Assembly: GCA_965216755.1 (NCBI GenBank)
Contig: CBDCGL010000011.1
Span: 3,072,001-3,136,000, forward strand
Length of the DNA stretch: 64,000 bases
DNA from: Alphaproteobacteria bacterium
GTDB taxonomy: Bacteria; Pseudomonadota; Alphaproteobacteria; UBA7887
Direction: 5' to 3'
Shown piece after piece: positions 39,250 through 49,443 of this stretch. The first letter of the stretch is position 1. Every line of letters begins with the position of its first letter. Made by a program: the position numbers and the translations under genes. The notes beneath the pieces are model-generated. The model was not told where the DNA came from and made no database searches. It was given only the letters and a program-made list of their open reading frames with translations.

Positions 39250-39325
39250 TGGTGCCGCCTGTGTGACTCGAACACACGACCCCAGCATTACGAATGCTGT
39301 GCTCTACCAACTGAGCTAAGGCGGC
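39250..39325 (-). tRNA. tRNA-Thr(CGT)
   Basis: Reverse complement GCCGCCTTAGCTCAGTTGGTAGAGCACAGCATTCGTAATGCTGGGGTCGTGTGTTCGAGTCACACAGGCGGCACCA. Forms a cloverleaf with anticodon CGT and encoded CCA. Confidence 0.97.
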
Positions 39326-39411
39326 ATGACAGCGCCAGATGCGCGCACCATAAGCCCGCCCGCCGCCCCCGGCAAGCCAGCAAATTATGCTGAACGAAAG
39401 CCCGTTCGGGG

Positions 39412-39774
39412 TTAGAACCGCCGCGGCGCAGACGGGTAGTTGGACGACGGGTAATAGCGCGAATTGCGGCGGCCGTTGGGCCGCTCCGCCGACGGATAGC
39501 GCACCGTCGGCCGCCTGACCGCCGGGCGCGCCGCACCCGGGCGTCGCAAGAAACTGAATGGACGGCCGAAATTGACACCGCGCCGGCCAAATGCCTGGGC
39601 TAGCTCCACACGATCGGTGGCGATGACCGCCACCGCCGCGCCGTCGGTCAACGATGCGTCCGCCGCTGTATAGGCCAGGGCGGGCTGCGCCACGGCGAGC
39701 CACGCGGCGGTCGCCGCCACGGCCGCAACCAACATGCCCCGCCCAGATACTCTATCGCTCCATCCGCTGTTCAT
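39412..39774 (-). CDS. small hypothetical exported protein with Arg-rich tail
   Basis: Signal-like MLVAAVAATAAWLAVAQPALA, 'VELAQ' linker and Arg/Pro-rich C-terminus. Start uncertain. Confidence 0.45.
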   Translation of the reverse strand: MNSGWSDRVSGRGMLVAAVAATAAWLAVAQPALAYTAADASLTDGAAVAVIATDRVELAQAFGRRGVNFGRPFSFLRRPGAARPAVRRPTVRYPSAERPNGRRNSRYYPSSNYPSAPRRF

Positions 39775-39867
39775 TGCCGAACCGCCCAATCCATTGCCCT
39801 TCAATTGCTTCCACAATAGGTGCTTTGCATCGATTCCGCAACAAAACGCCAAACTGGGGCACCCGCG

Positions 39868-40665
39868 CTACCGGCCAAGAAACCGCCCCGAACGCCGTTC
39901 CTGAAACGCGCGCAAACCTTCGGCCGCGTCTTCGCTGCGCAGCAAGTCGTGCTGTATTTCGTTGAACAGGGCGATCGCCGCCTCCGGCCCATGCTCCACC
40001 GCTCGCCGCGCCGACGCCAACGTTGCGCGCACCGCCAAGGGCGCCTGTTCAGCAATTCGCCGCGCGATCGTCTGAGCCCGCGCGCGTACTTGTTCGGCGG
40101 CGACCAGTTCCTGCACATAGCCGAGTCTGAAAGCGGTTTGGGCGTCGAACGGATCACCGGTCAGCAAATGCACCATGGCATTGCCCCAACCGGCCCGCTC
40201 GACCATGCGGATCGTCGCGCCGCCGGTCGCCATCAAGCCACGCTGCACCTCGATTTGGGCGAAACGGGCATCGTCCGCGGCGACCACGATATCGGCGGCA
40301 AGCATGAGCTCGATGCCCAAGGTCAGACACCAGCCCTGTACCGCGACCACCACTGGCTTGGTCCGCGCCGGTGGCCGCAGTCCGAACGGATCCACCGTGC
40401 CGGGCGGAAATAACGGCCGGCCGGCGTCCATATGCGGTTTCACCAACGGCAAGTCGAGCCCGCCGGTGAAATTTCGCCCTTCCGCGCACACCAATGCCAC
40501 GCGACAATCGCTTTGCCGCTCGAACGCGGTGTAGGCCTCAGCCAGCTGGGCCAACATCGCGGGCGTAAAGCCATTGGATTTGTCCGGCCGGTCAAAGGTG
40601 ATCGTGAACAGCGTGCCGTCGTCGTCGGTGGTGATGCGGCCGTCGGTGTGCGATGTGTCGCTCAT
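39868..40665 (-). CDS. crotonase/enoyl-CoA hydratase family protein
   Basis: DRPDKSN, FTGGLDL, TLGIELMLAAD, EVQRG and EGLRAFQERR. Confidence 0.92.
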   Translation of the reverse strand: MSDTSHTDGRITTDDDGTLFTITFDRPDKSNGFTPAMLAQLAEAYTAFERQSDCRVALVCAEGRNFTGGLDLPLVKPHMDAGRPLFPPGTVDPFGLRPPARTKPVVVAVQGWCLTLGIELMLAADIVVAADDARFAQIEVQRGLMATGGATIRMVERAGWGNAMVHLLTGDPFDAQTAFRLGYVQELVAAEQVRARAQTIARRIAEQAPLAVRATLASARRAVEHGPEAAIALFNEIQHDLLRSEDAAEGLRAFQERRSGRFLGR

Positions 40666-40738
40666 GGCGCCTGCCCCTGTATGATGTGTCGCGGCTTGGT
40701 GGCCGTTTCGTGGCGTGACCCCAGTTTATGGAAAAAAG

Positions 40739-41914
40739 ATGACCGATGCCGCTCCCGCGCGCTTGACGCCTTTTGCCATTGATGTCCCGCAAGGGGTTTT
40801 GGACGATCTCGCGACACGCCTCGCCGCAACCCGATGGCCGACGGCACCGGACGATGCCGCCTGGCAATATGGCGCCAACACCGACTACATGAAAAAATTG
40901 GTCGCGTATTGGCGGACCGAATTCGATTGGCGGCGTACCGAGGCGGGGCTGAATCAATGGCCACATTTTCGCGCCCGAATCGATGATTTCGATATCCATG
41001 TCATCGTGCTGCGCGCCGCCGGCGCTGCGCGGTCGCCGCGCCCCCTGTTGATCACCCATGGCTGGCCAAGCTCGTGCGTTGAAATGCTGGATATCTTGGC
41101 GCCGCTGGCGGATCCGGCGCGCTTTGGCGGTGACCCGGACGACGCCTTCGATGTGATTTGTCCGACTCTGCCCGGCTTTCCTTTGTCTTCGGCGCCGCCA
41201 CGGCCGATCGGCCCGCGCGCCATTGCCGGGCTTTGGCATCGGCTGATGACCGAGGTCTTGGGCCATGATCGCTATTTTGCCCATGGCGGCGATTGGGGCA
41301 GCGTGGTCAGCGCCTGGCTGGCCTTGGATCATCCGGACGCCGTGCGCGGTATCCACTTGACCATGGCGCCGTTGGCGCCCAATCCAGCCGACGGGGCCCC
41401 CTTTGACAATGAAGAACGCGCCTGGCGCGTGCGCACCCAAAAGCGCTTGAAACGCGAGGACGCCTATCAACGCATCCAGCGCACCAAGCCGCAAACATTG
41501 GCCTTTGGTTTGAACGATTCGCCGGTCGGTTTGGCGGCATGGCTGGTGGAAAAATTCCAGGGTGCGCCGAACGCGACCGCGGAGACCGTGCCGCCTTTTC
41601 CCATGGACCGTCTGCTCACCAATATCATGCTGTATTGGACCACCAGCAGCATCAACAGCGCCAATTGGATCTATCGCGCCGCCCCCGACGAGGGCGCGCT
41701 GATCATGCCGGCCGGGCAAAAAATCGACGTGCCGTGCGTGTTTTCGCTGCCACCGCGCGACCTGTTTCCGCGGCCGCCGCCGCAGTGGATCGCGCGCGGC
41801 TACACTTGCGTGAAACGCAACGACCTGGACAGCGGCGGCCATTTTCTGGCCATGGAAATCCCCGACACGCTTGTTAGCGAGATCCGGGCGTTCGGCCGCA
41901 CCGTGGTGGACTAA
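40739..41914 (+). CDS. epoxide hydrolase (EHN + alpha/beta hydrolase)
   Basis: PFAIDVP..LDDL..RL, HGWP, HGGDWGS, DSPVGLAAW.VEKF and GGHFLAME. Confidence 0.92.
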   Translation: MTDAAPARLTPFAIDVPQGVLDDLATRLAATRWPTAPDDAAWQYGANTDYMKKLVAYWRTEFDWRRTEAGLNQWPHFRARIDDFDIHVIVLRAAGAARSPRPLLITHGWPSSCVEMLDILAPLADPARFGGDPDDAFDVICPTLPGFPLSSAPPRPIGPRAIAGLWHRLMTEVLGHDRYFAHGGDWGSVVSAWLALDHPDAVRGIHLTMAPLAPNPADGAPFDNEERAWRVRTQKRLKREDAYQRIQRTKPQTLAFGLNDSPVGLAAWLVEKFQGAPNATAETVPPFPMDRLLTNIMLYWTTSSINSANWIYRAAPDEGALIMPAGQKIDVPCVFSLPPRDLFPRPPPQWIARGYTCVKRNDLDSGGHFLAMEIPDTLVSEIRAFGRTVVD

Positions 41915-42726
41915 GCGCTTACGTCGGCAAGAATCTTGGGCGTCGGTTCGGGCTCGTCGGCGACCTGGGCGACGCCCGGACCGAATGGCGTGAACAGATC
42001 GAGGGTCAGAATCGTTTGACTGGCCGCCTCCAACGCCAATGCGCTGCGGCCGCCGTCGATCACGATAAGGTTGCTAAACGATTCAAGCGATTTCGCCGCA
42101 GCAGCAAACGGCGATAGCAAAGGCCGCTCGGCGACGAATATGCCGCGATCGGGGTCGTCGAGGTCGACAAAGCTGCCACCCAGATCGTGCAGAGGACGTG
42201 GGTCGCCGACCAAATCGTGACTGGCGATCGCGGCGATCGAGATGCTGTGGCTGATGGAAATGCTGCGGTACGACACCGCCACCGAACCGGACTCGTTGTC
42301 GATCGCGATTTGCAGTTCGCGCACTTCAAGGGTGTAGCTGGCCTGAAAGCCGAAGCCGAAGGCGCCGTCCTCGGCCGCGACCTCGGCGATGGCTTCGTCC
42401 AATCCGCCGTCAAAGACGGCCTCGGTCAGAATTTCGGAATCCTCGGCATCAAACCCGGTAATGCGAAACAGTGCGTGCAGATCTCGACGCAAAGCGGGTA
42501 GCCGCTCTTGCAGCGCATCTGCGAATGCGTCGCGCAATTCGGCCATCAGTCGATCAGGTGACAAATCGAACGCCGCCGGCAAGCCAGCGCGCTCGCGACC
42601 ACGCCCCCGACCATGCGAATCGGTTTGCACGTCGTGGTTCGATTGGCCCCGTTCGACAGGCTTGGCAACCGTTTCGACGGGCGTTACCGGCTGTAGCGGT
42701 GAGAGGCCAAAGGTCATGTCAACCAT
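41911..42726 (-). CDS. hypothetical acidic protein
   Basis: Long ORF filling the gap, with SD AGGAG before the start. No recognisable motif. Confidence 0.55.
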   Translation of the reverse strand: MVDMTFGLSPLQPVTPVETVAKPVERGQSNHDVQTDSHGRGRGRERAGLPAAFDLSPDRLMAELRDAFADALQERLPALRRDLHALFRITGFDAEDSEILTEAVFDGGLDEAIAEVAAEDGAFGFGFQASYTLEVRELQIAIDNESGSVAVSYRSISISHSISIAAIASHDLVGDPRPLHDLGGSFVDLDDPDRGIFVAERPLLSPFAAAAKSLESFSNLIVIDGGRSALALEAASQTILTLDLFTPFGPGVAQVADEPEPTPKILADVSA

Positions 42727-42839
42727 CACGCACTCCTGGAGCGTGGTGAACGTTTCCGGCGCGCCCCCAAACGCCGCTTCGGGCATACTGCCTTCCAACG
42801 ACATATGGTTGGGGCCGTCCCAGGCAAGGGAGAACGCAA

Positions 42840-43610
42840 ATGAACGACAAGAACTTCGACCTGACCGGCAAAGTCGCCTTGTTGACCGGCGGTAATGGCG
42901 GCATCGGCCTCGGCATGGCTCAAGCCCTGGCCGCGGCCGGCGCCGATGTCTGCATTTGGGGCACTAACGCCGATAAGAACGCCGCTGCCCAACAAAACTT
43001 GGCCACATATGGCGGCCGTGTTCAAGCCTTTCTGTGCGACGTCGGCGACGAAGCGGCGGTTGATCAGGCCTTTGCTGACACAGTGGCGCATTTTGGTCGG
43101 GTCGACGCCTGCTTTGCCAATGCCGGCGTCGCCGGCCGGGCGCCGTCGTTCCTGGAAATGACAACCGACGAATGGCGCCGCGTGATGCGGGTGAATTTGG
43201 ACGGCGCGTTTTTTACTTTACGGGCCGCCACGCGCCATATGGTCGGTCGACCCGGCGGCGGATCTCTGGTCGTCACCTCGAGCCTGGCCGCGATCGAGGG
43301 CCAGGCGCGTGGCCAGCACTACGCTGCCACAAAGGGCGGGGTCATCGCGATGATGCGCGCGCTGGCAGTGGAAATGGCGCGCCACAAAGTGCGCGCGAAT
43401 GCGATACTACCGGGCTGGATCATGACCGACATGACCGAGGATTGGCTCAATCGCGACACGGTCACCCAGCATTTATTACGCCGGGTGCCGTTGCGCCGCT
43501 GGGGCACACCATCTGATTTCGGCGGTATCGCCGTGTATCTGACCAGCGATGCCAGCAGCTATCATTCCGGCGACACATTTGTGATTGATGGCGCCTATGC
43601 GCTTTTTTGA
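42840..43610 (+). CDS. short-chain dehydrogenase/reductase
   Basis: TGGNGGIG, ANAG, YAATK and PGWI.T motifs. Confidence 0.93.
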   Translation: MNDKNFDLTGKVALLTGGNGGIGLGMAQALAAAGADVCIWGTNADKNAAAQQNLATYGGRVQAFLCDVGDEAAVDQAFADTVAHFGRVDACFANAGVAGRAPSFLEMTTDEWRRVMRVNLDGAFFTLRAATRHMVGRPGGGSLVVTSSLAAIEGQARGQHYAATKGGVIAMMRALAVEMARHKVRANAILPGWIMTDMTEDWLNRDTVTQHLLRRVPLRRWGTPSDFGGIAVYLTSDASSYHSGDTFVIDGAYALF

Positions 43611-45052
43611 TTGAGGTCCGCCGGCGGCGCCGTGTCTGTCGGCGACTCGGTTGCCTCGACAACCACGACGTCAGGAGGTTCGGCTCCGGAACCGTTGCTT
43701 CCCGCCGCCGTCGCCTCGCCGGCCGCCAGCGCCGGGCGATCTTCGACAGCTATCACGGCACCCGAAAGCGACGCCGGCTGGCGCCAGTCGAGGCTGTCAA
43801 ACTGGCGGCAGTTGCCACATGTAATCGACCATGCGGCCGTCGGGGTGCCACAGTGGCGGCACACCCATGCCGGATCGGGCGGCGCACTGGCGGCGCGCAC
43901 CAACCAGGTCCGCGACAACGCGGCATCACCGGTTTCAGCCTCTTCTAGACGCGCCATCAAGCGGCATGCGCCGACCGTCAAAGTCGTCGCCTCCTGTGCG
44001 AGATGTTCACGAGCTGTGCCCCACAATTCGGCATCTATGGCGGCTTCCGCCAGTGCCAATTGCCCATCGACAGCGTCAGGCCGCGCCTTTACCAATTCGT
44101 CCAGAGCCCGCACCCGGTCCAACGGATCTTGGGCATCGACCGCGTCGACATAGACCCGCGCCAAATCCGGGTGCGCCATTTCGGCCCACCCCCTCAAAAT
44201 CCGGGCCTTGGCGCGCCGCCGGCGTCCGGCCGCTAACAATAAGCGTGCCTCCAAATCGACCGCCGGCACCAGCCCCGGTGCGGCGTCGACCGCCTTGCGC
44301 ACCAGATCCAAGGCTTCGCTGGCGCGGCCATCACGATCGGCCTGAACGGCCCGCTGATACTGCAGAGCCGCGCGACGACGGGCGCCATCGGTTGCGGTCA
44401 ACCAACCGGCGCGTACGGCGGCGTCTGTCACCTGCTCGGCTTGCAACCAATGCCCCGCCGAGATTTCCAAATCACCAAGATGTGTCAGGACCCAGCCTGT
44501 GGTCGGGCTGATCTCGAACGCGCGCCGCGCGTGCCGCAGGGCGATCGTCGTATCACCGTCGCGGATGGCCTGAACGACCAGCCCGCGCAGGCCCAAGAAC
44601 TCCGTTTCGGGATTGCCCAACATGTCCTCGAACGCCGCCCGCGCGCCGCTTTCGTCGCCATTCAGTTGGGCAGCTTGGGCGCTGAGCAGCAATGTCAGCG
44701 GTGGGTCCGACAACAGTCGCTCCGCGTCGCTGGCCGCCCGCCGGGCGCCGGCAACATCGCCGGCCGCGGCCGCCACCAGGCCACGTGTCAATGCCCGCTG
44801 ACCGCGCCGCAAACGGCGATTCGACGCCGCCGCCCGCAGCCGACCGGGACCTGCCAAGAGCCCGCTGATCAACCGCCAGATCACGGCCACAACCACTGCC
44901 ACAACCACCACGGCCACCACGAACGCCGCGGCACTTGTCTCGACGACATAGTTGCGCCAATGCACGACGACCGCGCCCGGATGATCGGCAAGCCAGGCAC
45001 CCAATGCGGCCAGCACCGCAAACACGGCGATATAGCCCAATACCCGTATCAC
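43595..45052 (-). CDS. hemY: HemY-like TPR membrane protein (alphaproteobacterial)
   Basis: WLADHPG.V...W..Y.VETS, GL.A.AAGD, LL.AQAAQL.GD, FLGLRGL and C-terminal WVC..CG....W...C..C. Confidence 0.85.
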   Translation of the reverse strand: MIRVLGYIAVFAVLAALGAWLADHPGAVVVHWRNYVVETSAAAFVVAVVVVAVVVAVIWRLISGLLAGPGRLRAAASNRRLRRGQRALTRGLVAAAAGDVAGARRAASDAERLLSDPPLTLLLSAQAAQLNGDESGARAAFEDMLGNPETEFLGLRGLVVQAIRDGDTTIALRHARRAFEISPTTGWVLTHLGDLEISAGHWLQAEQVTDAAVRAGWLTATDGARRRAALQYQRAVQADRDGRASEALDLVRKAVDAAPGLVPAVDLEARLLLAAGRRRRAKARILRGWAEMAHPDLARVYVDAVDAQDPLDRVRALDELVKARPDAVDGQLALAEAAIDAELWGTAREHLAQEATTLTVGACRLMARLEEAETGDAALSRTWLVRAASAPPDPAWVCRHCGTPTAAWSITCGNCRQFDSLDWRQPASLSGAVIAVEDRPALAAGEATAAGSNGSGAEPPDVVVVEATESPTDTAPPADLNQKSA

Positions 45053-45097
45053 TGCGCTGCGTCCCTTATGTCAATGTTGACCATGTCTGTAACGGCC

Positions 45098-46408
45098 TCA
45101 ACCGAGGGCGGCGCGCGCTTGATCGATCGCTGCGCGGGCCAGAGCGCTGACCGCCTGATCGAGCGCCACGCGAGCCCGTGCATCACGCAGCCATGGGTCT
45201 TGCGCGCCAGCCACCCCCAGCCGTTCGATTTCGGCGACCGCCGCGGCCAGCGCGCCGCGGCTCATATGCGCCTCGGCCCGCGACAAAATCGCCCCGGGGC
45301 TGGCGTCGGCGTCGTCGACATTGACCCGGCGCACAGTGACCAATTGGCCGATTTCGGCGACCGCGTCATCCAACCAACCATCGCTTTCGGCGCGCGCCTT
45401 GGCGTGTGTCAGACGGCGCGACATGGTCGGAAAACGCTGTTTCAAGCCCTGCAGCGTCGGCACGCCGGTCGGCGCCCAGTCGGCAATCTGGTCGGCAATT
45501 GGCACGAGCGCGGCGTCGTCACGCGCGGCCGTGCGCACCGATGCCAAGGCCGTTTCGAAGGGCCCGGCGCCGGCCGTTGCCACGCGCAATTCACCAACCG
45601 CGACCATCATCATGGCCGCCGTCAGAATCGATTCCGCGCGCGCCGTGGGCCCAACTTCCAACGCAGCAACGCGACCCGGCAGATCGCCGAGACCGGCCAC
45701 GGCATCCGGCAACACCATCAGTGCCGCGATCTTGTCTTCCAATGCGGCCATGGCCGCCGATTGGTCATCGGCGGATTCCAATGCCGCCAGTTGTTGCTGC
45801 ACGGCGGCCAATCCTTGACGGTTCGCCAACAAACCATCGCGTATGAATTCGTAAGCAGGGCCATCGACACCCGCCTCGGATGCTGACACTTCGCCAGTGC
45901 GTTGTTCAACGTCAGCGTTGAGCGCGGCGAGGCGCGTATCGAGGGACTCGAGACGTGTGTCGACCGTCGCCAACTGTGTCGCGACTTCGGCGGCCAGAGT
46001 GTCGAGGGCCGCATCATCGATGGCCATCGCCGGCGCCGGATCCGGGCGCTCGGCCAGCGCCGCAGTCGCCGTTTCCAGCGCCTCGATACGGCGTTCGGCG
46101 GCTGCAATGCGTGGATTGATCGGTTCCACCGTCGGCCCCAATTGCGTGATCAACGCAGGTCCAAACAGGGCCGCCGCTATCGACACCACGACCAACGACA
46201 ACACCACGGCGGCGACCAACACCGCCAAGGGTCGTCCCCATTGACCACCCCGAGGCCCGCCATCGATGTCCGACGTCCTCCCGTCGTCGCCGGACGGTTG
46301 TTCATTAATCGCCGTAGCGTCCGTTGACTGATCGCCAGACAACGTCGCGCGCGACCCGTCTTCGCTGTCGTCGGCCGCTTCTGGATTGGATCGGGTGGTA
46401 TCTGACAT
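45098..46408 (-). CDS. COG4223 / mitofilin (Mic60-like) membrane protein
   Basis: Single TM, coiled coil and C-terminal 'G.PF...L...GVPTL..L..RF...LVTVRR...AEA....G.L..A....W...A.AR'. Lies between hemD and hemY. Confidence 0.8.
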   Translation of the reverse strand: MSDTTRSNPEAADDSEDGSRATLSGDQSTDATAINEQPSGDDGRTSDIDGGPRGGQWGRPLAVLVAAVVLSLVVVSIAAALFGPALITQLGPTVEPINPRIAAAERRIEALETATAALAERPDPAPAMAIDDAALDTLAAEVATQLATVDTRLESLDTRLAALNADVEQRTGEVSASEAGVDGPAYEFIRDGLLANRQGLAAVQQQLAALESADDQSAAMAALEDKIAALMVLPDAVAGLGDLPGRVAALEVGPTARAESILTAAMMMVAVGELRVATAGAGPFETALASVRTAARDDAALVPIADQIADWAPTGVPTLQGLKQRFPTMSRRLTHAKARAESDGWLDDAVAEIGQLVTVRRVNVDDADASPGAILSRAEAHMSRGALAAAVAEIERLGVAGAQDPWLRDARARVALDQAVSALARAAIDQARAALG

Positions 46409-46461
46409 TGCTTCAAGACCTCAAACCGCCGCGGCACAGGGCGTGCCGCGACACAAACTGA

Positions 46462-46568
46462 CTAGATCAATCCTTGTTCAAACAAGGTCGTTTGAACGAA
46501 GCCAAATTGATCAATATCAAATAGATAGAGCATATCATGCGACCGAATATGAGAGTGAAATGCTCTAG
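46462..46568. repeat. CTAG-bounded intergenic repeat (CIR/Bru-RS-like), full 107-bp copy
   Basis: CTAG at both ends, left gttcaaac/gtttgaac hairpin, central tatcaaatagata and right tagagcat/atgctcta stem. Homologous to the 18092 copy. Confidence 0.75.
46507..46520. promoter_or_regulatory. FNR/FixK-box consensus inside the repeat
   Basis: TTGAT-CAAT-ATCAA, about 100 nt upstream of the COG4223 start. Confidence 0.45.
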
Positions 46569-47284
46569 CCATCGGAACGTGCGGCATCGACAAGCGCGCG
46601 CATGGCGTCGAATGTCGGCTCCGTTGTGACCGCGACCCGCCGCCAAGGGACCGCCTTCACTGATATGGCCACGGGCTCACTCAAACAAAAGGCCGCGCAG
46701 TGGGCCAATTGGTGTGCGCATTCGACAGTTTCGGCCAAGCGCACAAAAATCTTGGCGGTTCGGGCTGAAAAGAACAGCACGCCATCGATCTCGTGTTTAG
46801 CCAAGGCCGTTTGCACCTCGGTGGATAGGCTTTCGGCCTGCACGGCATGGTAAAGGACGTGCCGAATCACCTGAAAGCCGTACGCGCCGAGTTCGGCCAC
46901 CAGATCAACAGCGATATGGTCGCCGCTGACATGGACCAACGGCGCGCCCGCCGGATCGCAGCGCGCCGCCACCAACCGCACCAGATGGGCGCCGGCGCCG
47001 GCGGCGGATTCGACATCGGCAAAACCGCGATCGCGCGCCGTCTCGGCCGACGCATCGCCCACCGCAAAAATCGGTATGTCGCGCGCGGTGGTCAAATCCG
47101 CGAGCCGCGCGGCACCATAGGCGCTGGTCACCAACACCGCCTGCGCATTTGCCAATTCCGGTACCGCGACCGCGCGCGGCAGAATTCGGAGCATCGGTTC
47201 GATCAACACGTCGATGCCGATCCGCTCGAATTCCCGCGCCGACGCCAAGGACTGTTCTCTTGGCCGAGTCAATAGCACGCGCAT
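46565..47284 (-). CDS. hemD: uroporphyrinogen-III synthase
   Basis: MRVLLTRP, TSAYG, FAVGDASA, FFSARTA and CLSEPVA. Confidence 0.92.
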   Translation of the reverse strand: MRVLLTRPREQSLASAREFERIGIDVLIEPMLRILPRAVAVPELANAQAVLVTSAYGAARLADLTTARDIPIFAVGDASAETARDRGFADVESAAGAGAHLVRLVAARCDPAGAPLVHVSGDHIAVDLVAELGAYGFQVIRHVLYHAVQAESLSTEVQTALAKHEIDGVLFFSARTAKIFVRLAETVECAHQLAHCAAFCLSEPVAISVKAVPWRRVAVTTEPTFDAMRALVDAARSDG

Positions 47285-47287
47285 GGC

Positions 47288-48232
47288 TCACTGCGCCTGC
47301 AAGAAATCGGGGCCCGCACGATCCAACAAATGCTCGGCCAGGGCCGTGCCAATCAGCGTCGCGTCCGCCGACCGGCCATGGCTCGTGTCTTCGTGCACCA
47401 CACGGCCATCGGGCGCGGCGATCAAACCGCGCAGGTTAAGACCACCGCTGCCATCGACGACCGCCAGGCCGGCGATCGGCGTGCGACACGATCCGTCAAG
47501 CCGCGCCAGAAAGGCACGCTCAGTAGCCACACAGGTCGCGGTGGCCGGATCGTTCAGTTGTGCCAAAAGATCGCGTAACTGATGGTCACGCGCGCGGCAC
47601 TCAATGCCGATGGCGCCCTGAGCGATCGCCGGCAAGATTTGACTGGGCTCGAGAACCGCGGTGGCGGCGTTGGCCTGACCCAAGCGACGCAAACCGGCGT
47701 GCGCCAACAAAGTGGCATCGACGACACCGGAACGAACCTTTTCCATGCGCGTGCCGACATTGCCGCGTAGCGGCGTGATGGTCAGATCCGGCCGCCGCCA
47801 AAGCAATTGTGCGGCGCGACGCAAAGATGACGTGCCGACCACCGCGCCCGGCGCCAGCGACGCCAAACCGCCCGAACCGCCCGAACCGCGCCCGATTAGC
47901 GCATCGCGCGGATCCTCGCGCGCCAACATGCAGTCGATGACCAATCCATCAGGCAACCAGGTCGGCACGTCTTTCATCGAATGCACCGCCAGATCAATGC
48001 GATTTTCCAGCAGGGCATCGTCAATTTCCTTGGTGAACAGCCCTTTGCCGCCGATCTCCGCCAAAGGGCGATCGACGAAGCGGTCGCCGCTGGTGCGAAT
48101 CACGACGATTTCCACGCCGCCCGCCCCGCCCAGATCCGGATTGGCGGCAATCAGACGCCGACGCACTTCATCGGCCTGAACGCGCGCCAAGGGGCTGCCG
48201 CGTGTCCCGATTCGAATTTGTCCCAAAGTCAT
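47288..48232 (-). CDS. hemC: hydroxymethylbilane synthase
   Basis: [41 protein letters not shown] and LDGSCRTPI. Confidence 0.97.
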   Translation of the reverse strand: MTLGQIRIGTRGSPLARVQADEVRRRLIAANPDLGGAGGVEIVVIRTSGDRFVDRPLAEIGGKGLFTKEIDDALLENRIDLAVHSMKDVPTWLPDGLVIDCMLAREDPRDALIGRGSGGSGGLASLAPGAVVGTSSLRRAAQLLWRRPDLTITPLRGNVGTRMEKVRSGVVDATLLAHAGLRRLGQANAATAVLEPSQILPAIAQGAIGIECRARDHQLRDLLAQLNDPATATCVATERAFLARLDGSCRTPIAGLAVVDGSGGLNLRGLIAAPDGRVVHEDTSHGRSADATLIGTALAEHLLDRAGPDFLQAQ

Positions 48233-48387
48233 GCGTCGCTCGCCCCACCGAACACGTGACAGGGGCCAATGGCGCGCGATCAGCCAACCGCGTACACTCG
48301 CCGCAACCGGTCGCCATCGCCGGCGAACGCCATGGAGTCACGAAAGATGCGCATGTATATCACCAAATCGGTCGGCGGCATTCGCCA

Positions 48388-49443
48388 ATGATGGTCCTAG
48401 GAATTGAGTCCAGCTGCGATGAAACCGCTGCCGCACTGGTCGATGGCCAACGTCGCATTGTCGCCAACATCGTGCGCGCGCAGCTTGATGATCACCGCCC
48501 CTTTGGCGGTGTCGTGCCGGAAGTGGCGGCACGCGCCCACGTGCTGTGTCTGGACCACCTGATTCGCCAGGCGATGGAGCTGGGCCAGATCGATTTCAAC
48601 GATTTGGACGCGGTCGCGGCAACCGCCGGGCCCGGACTGATCGGCGGCCTGATGGTCGGTTTGACAACCGCCAAAGCAATCGCCGCCGTCCATGATCTGC
48701 CGCTGATCGCCGTGAATCATCTAGAGGCGCACGCCCTGACGCCGCGGTTGACCGACGATTTGGCGTTCCCCTACTTGCTGCTTTTGATGTCGGGCGGCCA
48801 TTGCCAGCTGCTGATCATCGAATCGGTGGGGCAATATCGGCGCTTGGGGACCACGATCGACGACGCGGTCGGGGAAGCCTTTGACAAGGCGGCGCGGATG
48901 ATGGGCTTGGGTTATCCGGGCGGACCCGCGATCGAGCAGGCGGCCGCCGATGGTGATCCCGACCGGTTTCGCTTGCCGCGGCCCTTGCACGGCCGGCCGG
49001 GATGCGATTTTTCGTTTTCCGGCCTCAAGACCGCATTGCGCCAGCAGATCGCGGCACTGAACGGGGATCAGCCGCAGCCGAATGACATCGCCGACCTGTG
49101 CGCGAGTTTTCAAGCGACCGTCGCCGATGTCTTGATCGATCGTTTGCGCCACGCCGTGGCGGTGTTTCACGCCCACCACGGCGCCGGCGGCGCGCTGGTC
49201 ATCGCCGGCGGTGTCGCCGCCAACAGCTATTTGCGCGCACGCTTGGCGGACGCCGCTGAGGCGTTGGCCATGCACCTGGTGGCGCCGCCGGTGGCACTCT
49301 GTACCGACAACGCGGCCATGGTCGCCTGGGCGGGTCTGGAGCGGTGGCGCCATGGCTTAAACGACGGCTTGGATTTCCCGGCCCGCGCCCGCTGGCCCTT
49401 GGACCCGACCGCGGTCGGAATCGGCGGCGGCGTCAGGGCATGA
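48388..49443 (+). CDS. tsaD: tRNA N6-threonylcarbamoyltransferase
   Basis: [43 protein letters not shown] and CTDNAAM. Confidence 0.96.
   Translation: MMVLGIESSCDETAAALVDGQRRIVANIVRAQLDDHRPFGGVVPEVAARAHVLCLDHLIRQAMELGQIDFNDLDAVAATAGPGLIGGLMVGLTTAKAIAAVHDLPLIAVNHLEAHALTPRLTDDLAFPYLLLLMSGGHCQLLIIESVGQYRRLGTTIDDAVGEAFDKAARMMGLGYPGGPAIEQAAADGDPDRFRLPRPLHGRPGCDFSFSGLKTALRQQIAALNGDQPQPNDIADLCASFQATVADVLIDRLRHAVAVFHAHHGAGGALVIAGGVAANSYLRARLADAAEALAMHLVAPPVALCTDNAAMVAWAGLERWRHGLNDGLDFPARARWPLDPTAVGIGGGVRA

Noticed and set aside
31506-39325. Genomic island integrated at tRNA-Thr
   Set aside because: Genes look accessory, but I found no integrase, no duplicated tRNA 3' end and no obvious compositional break.
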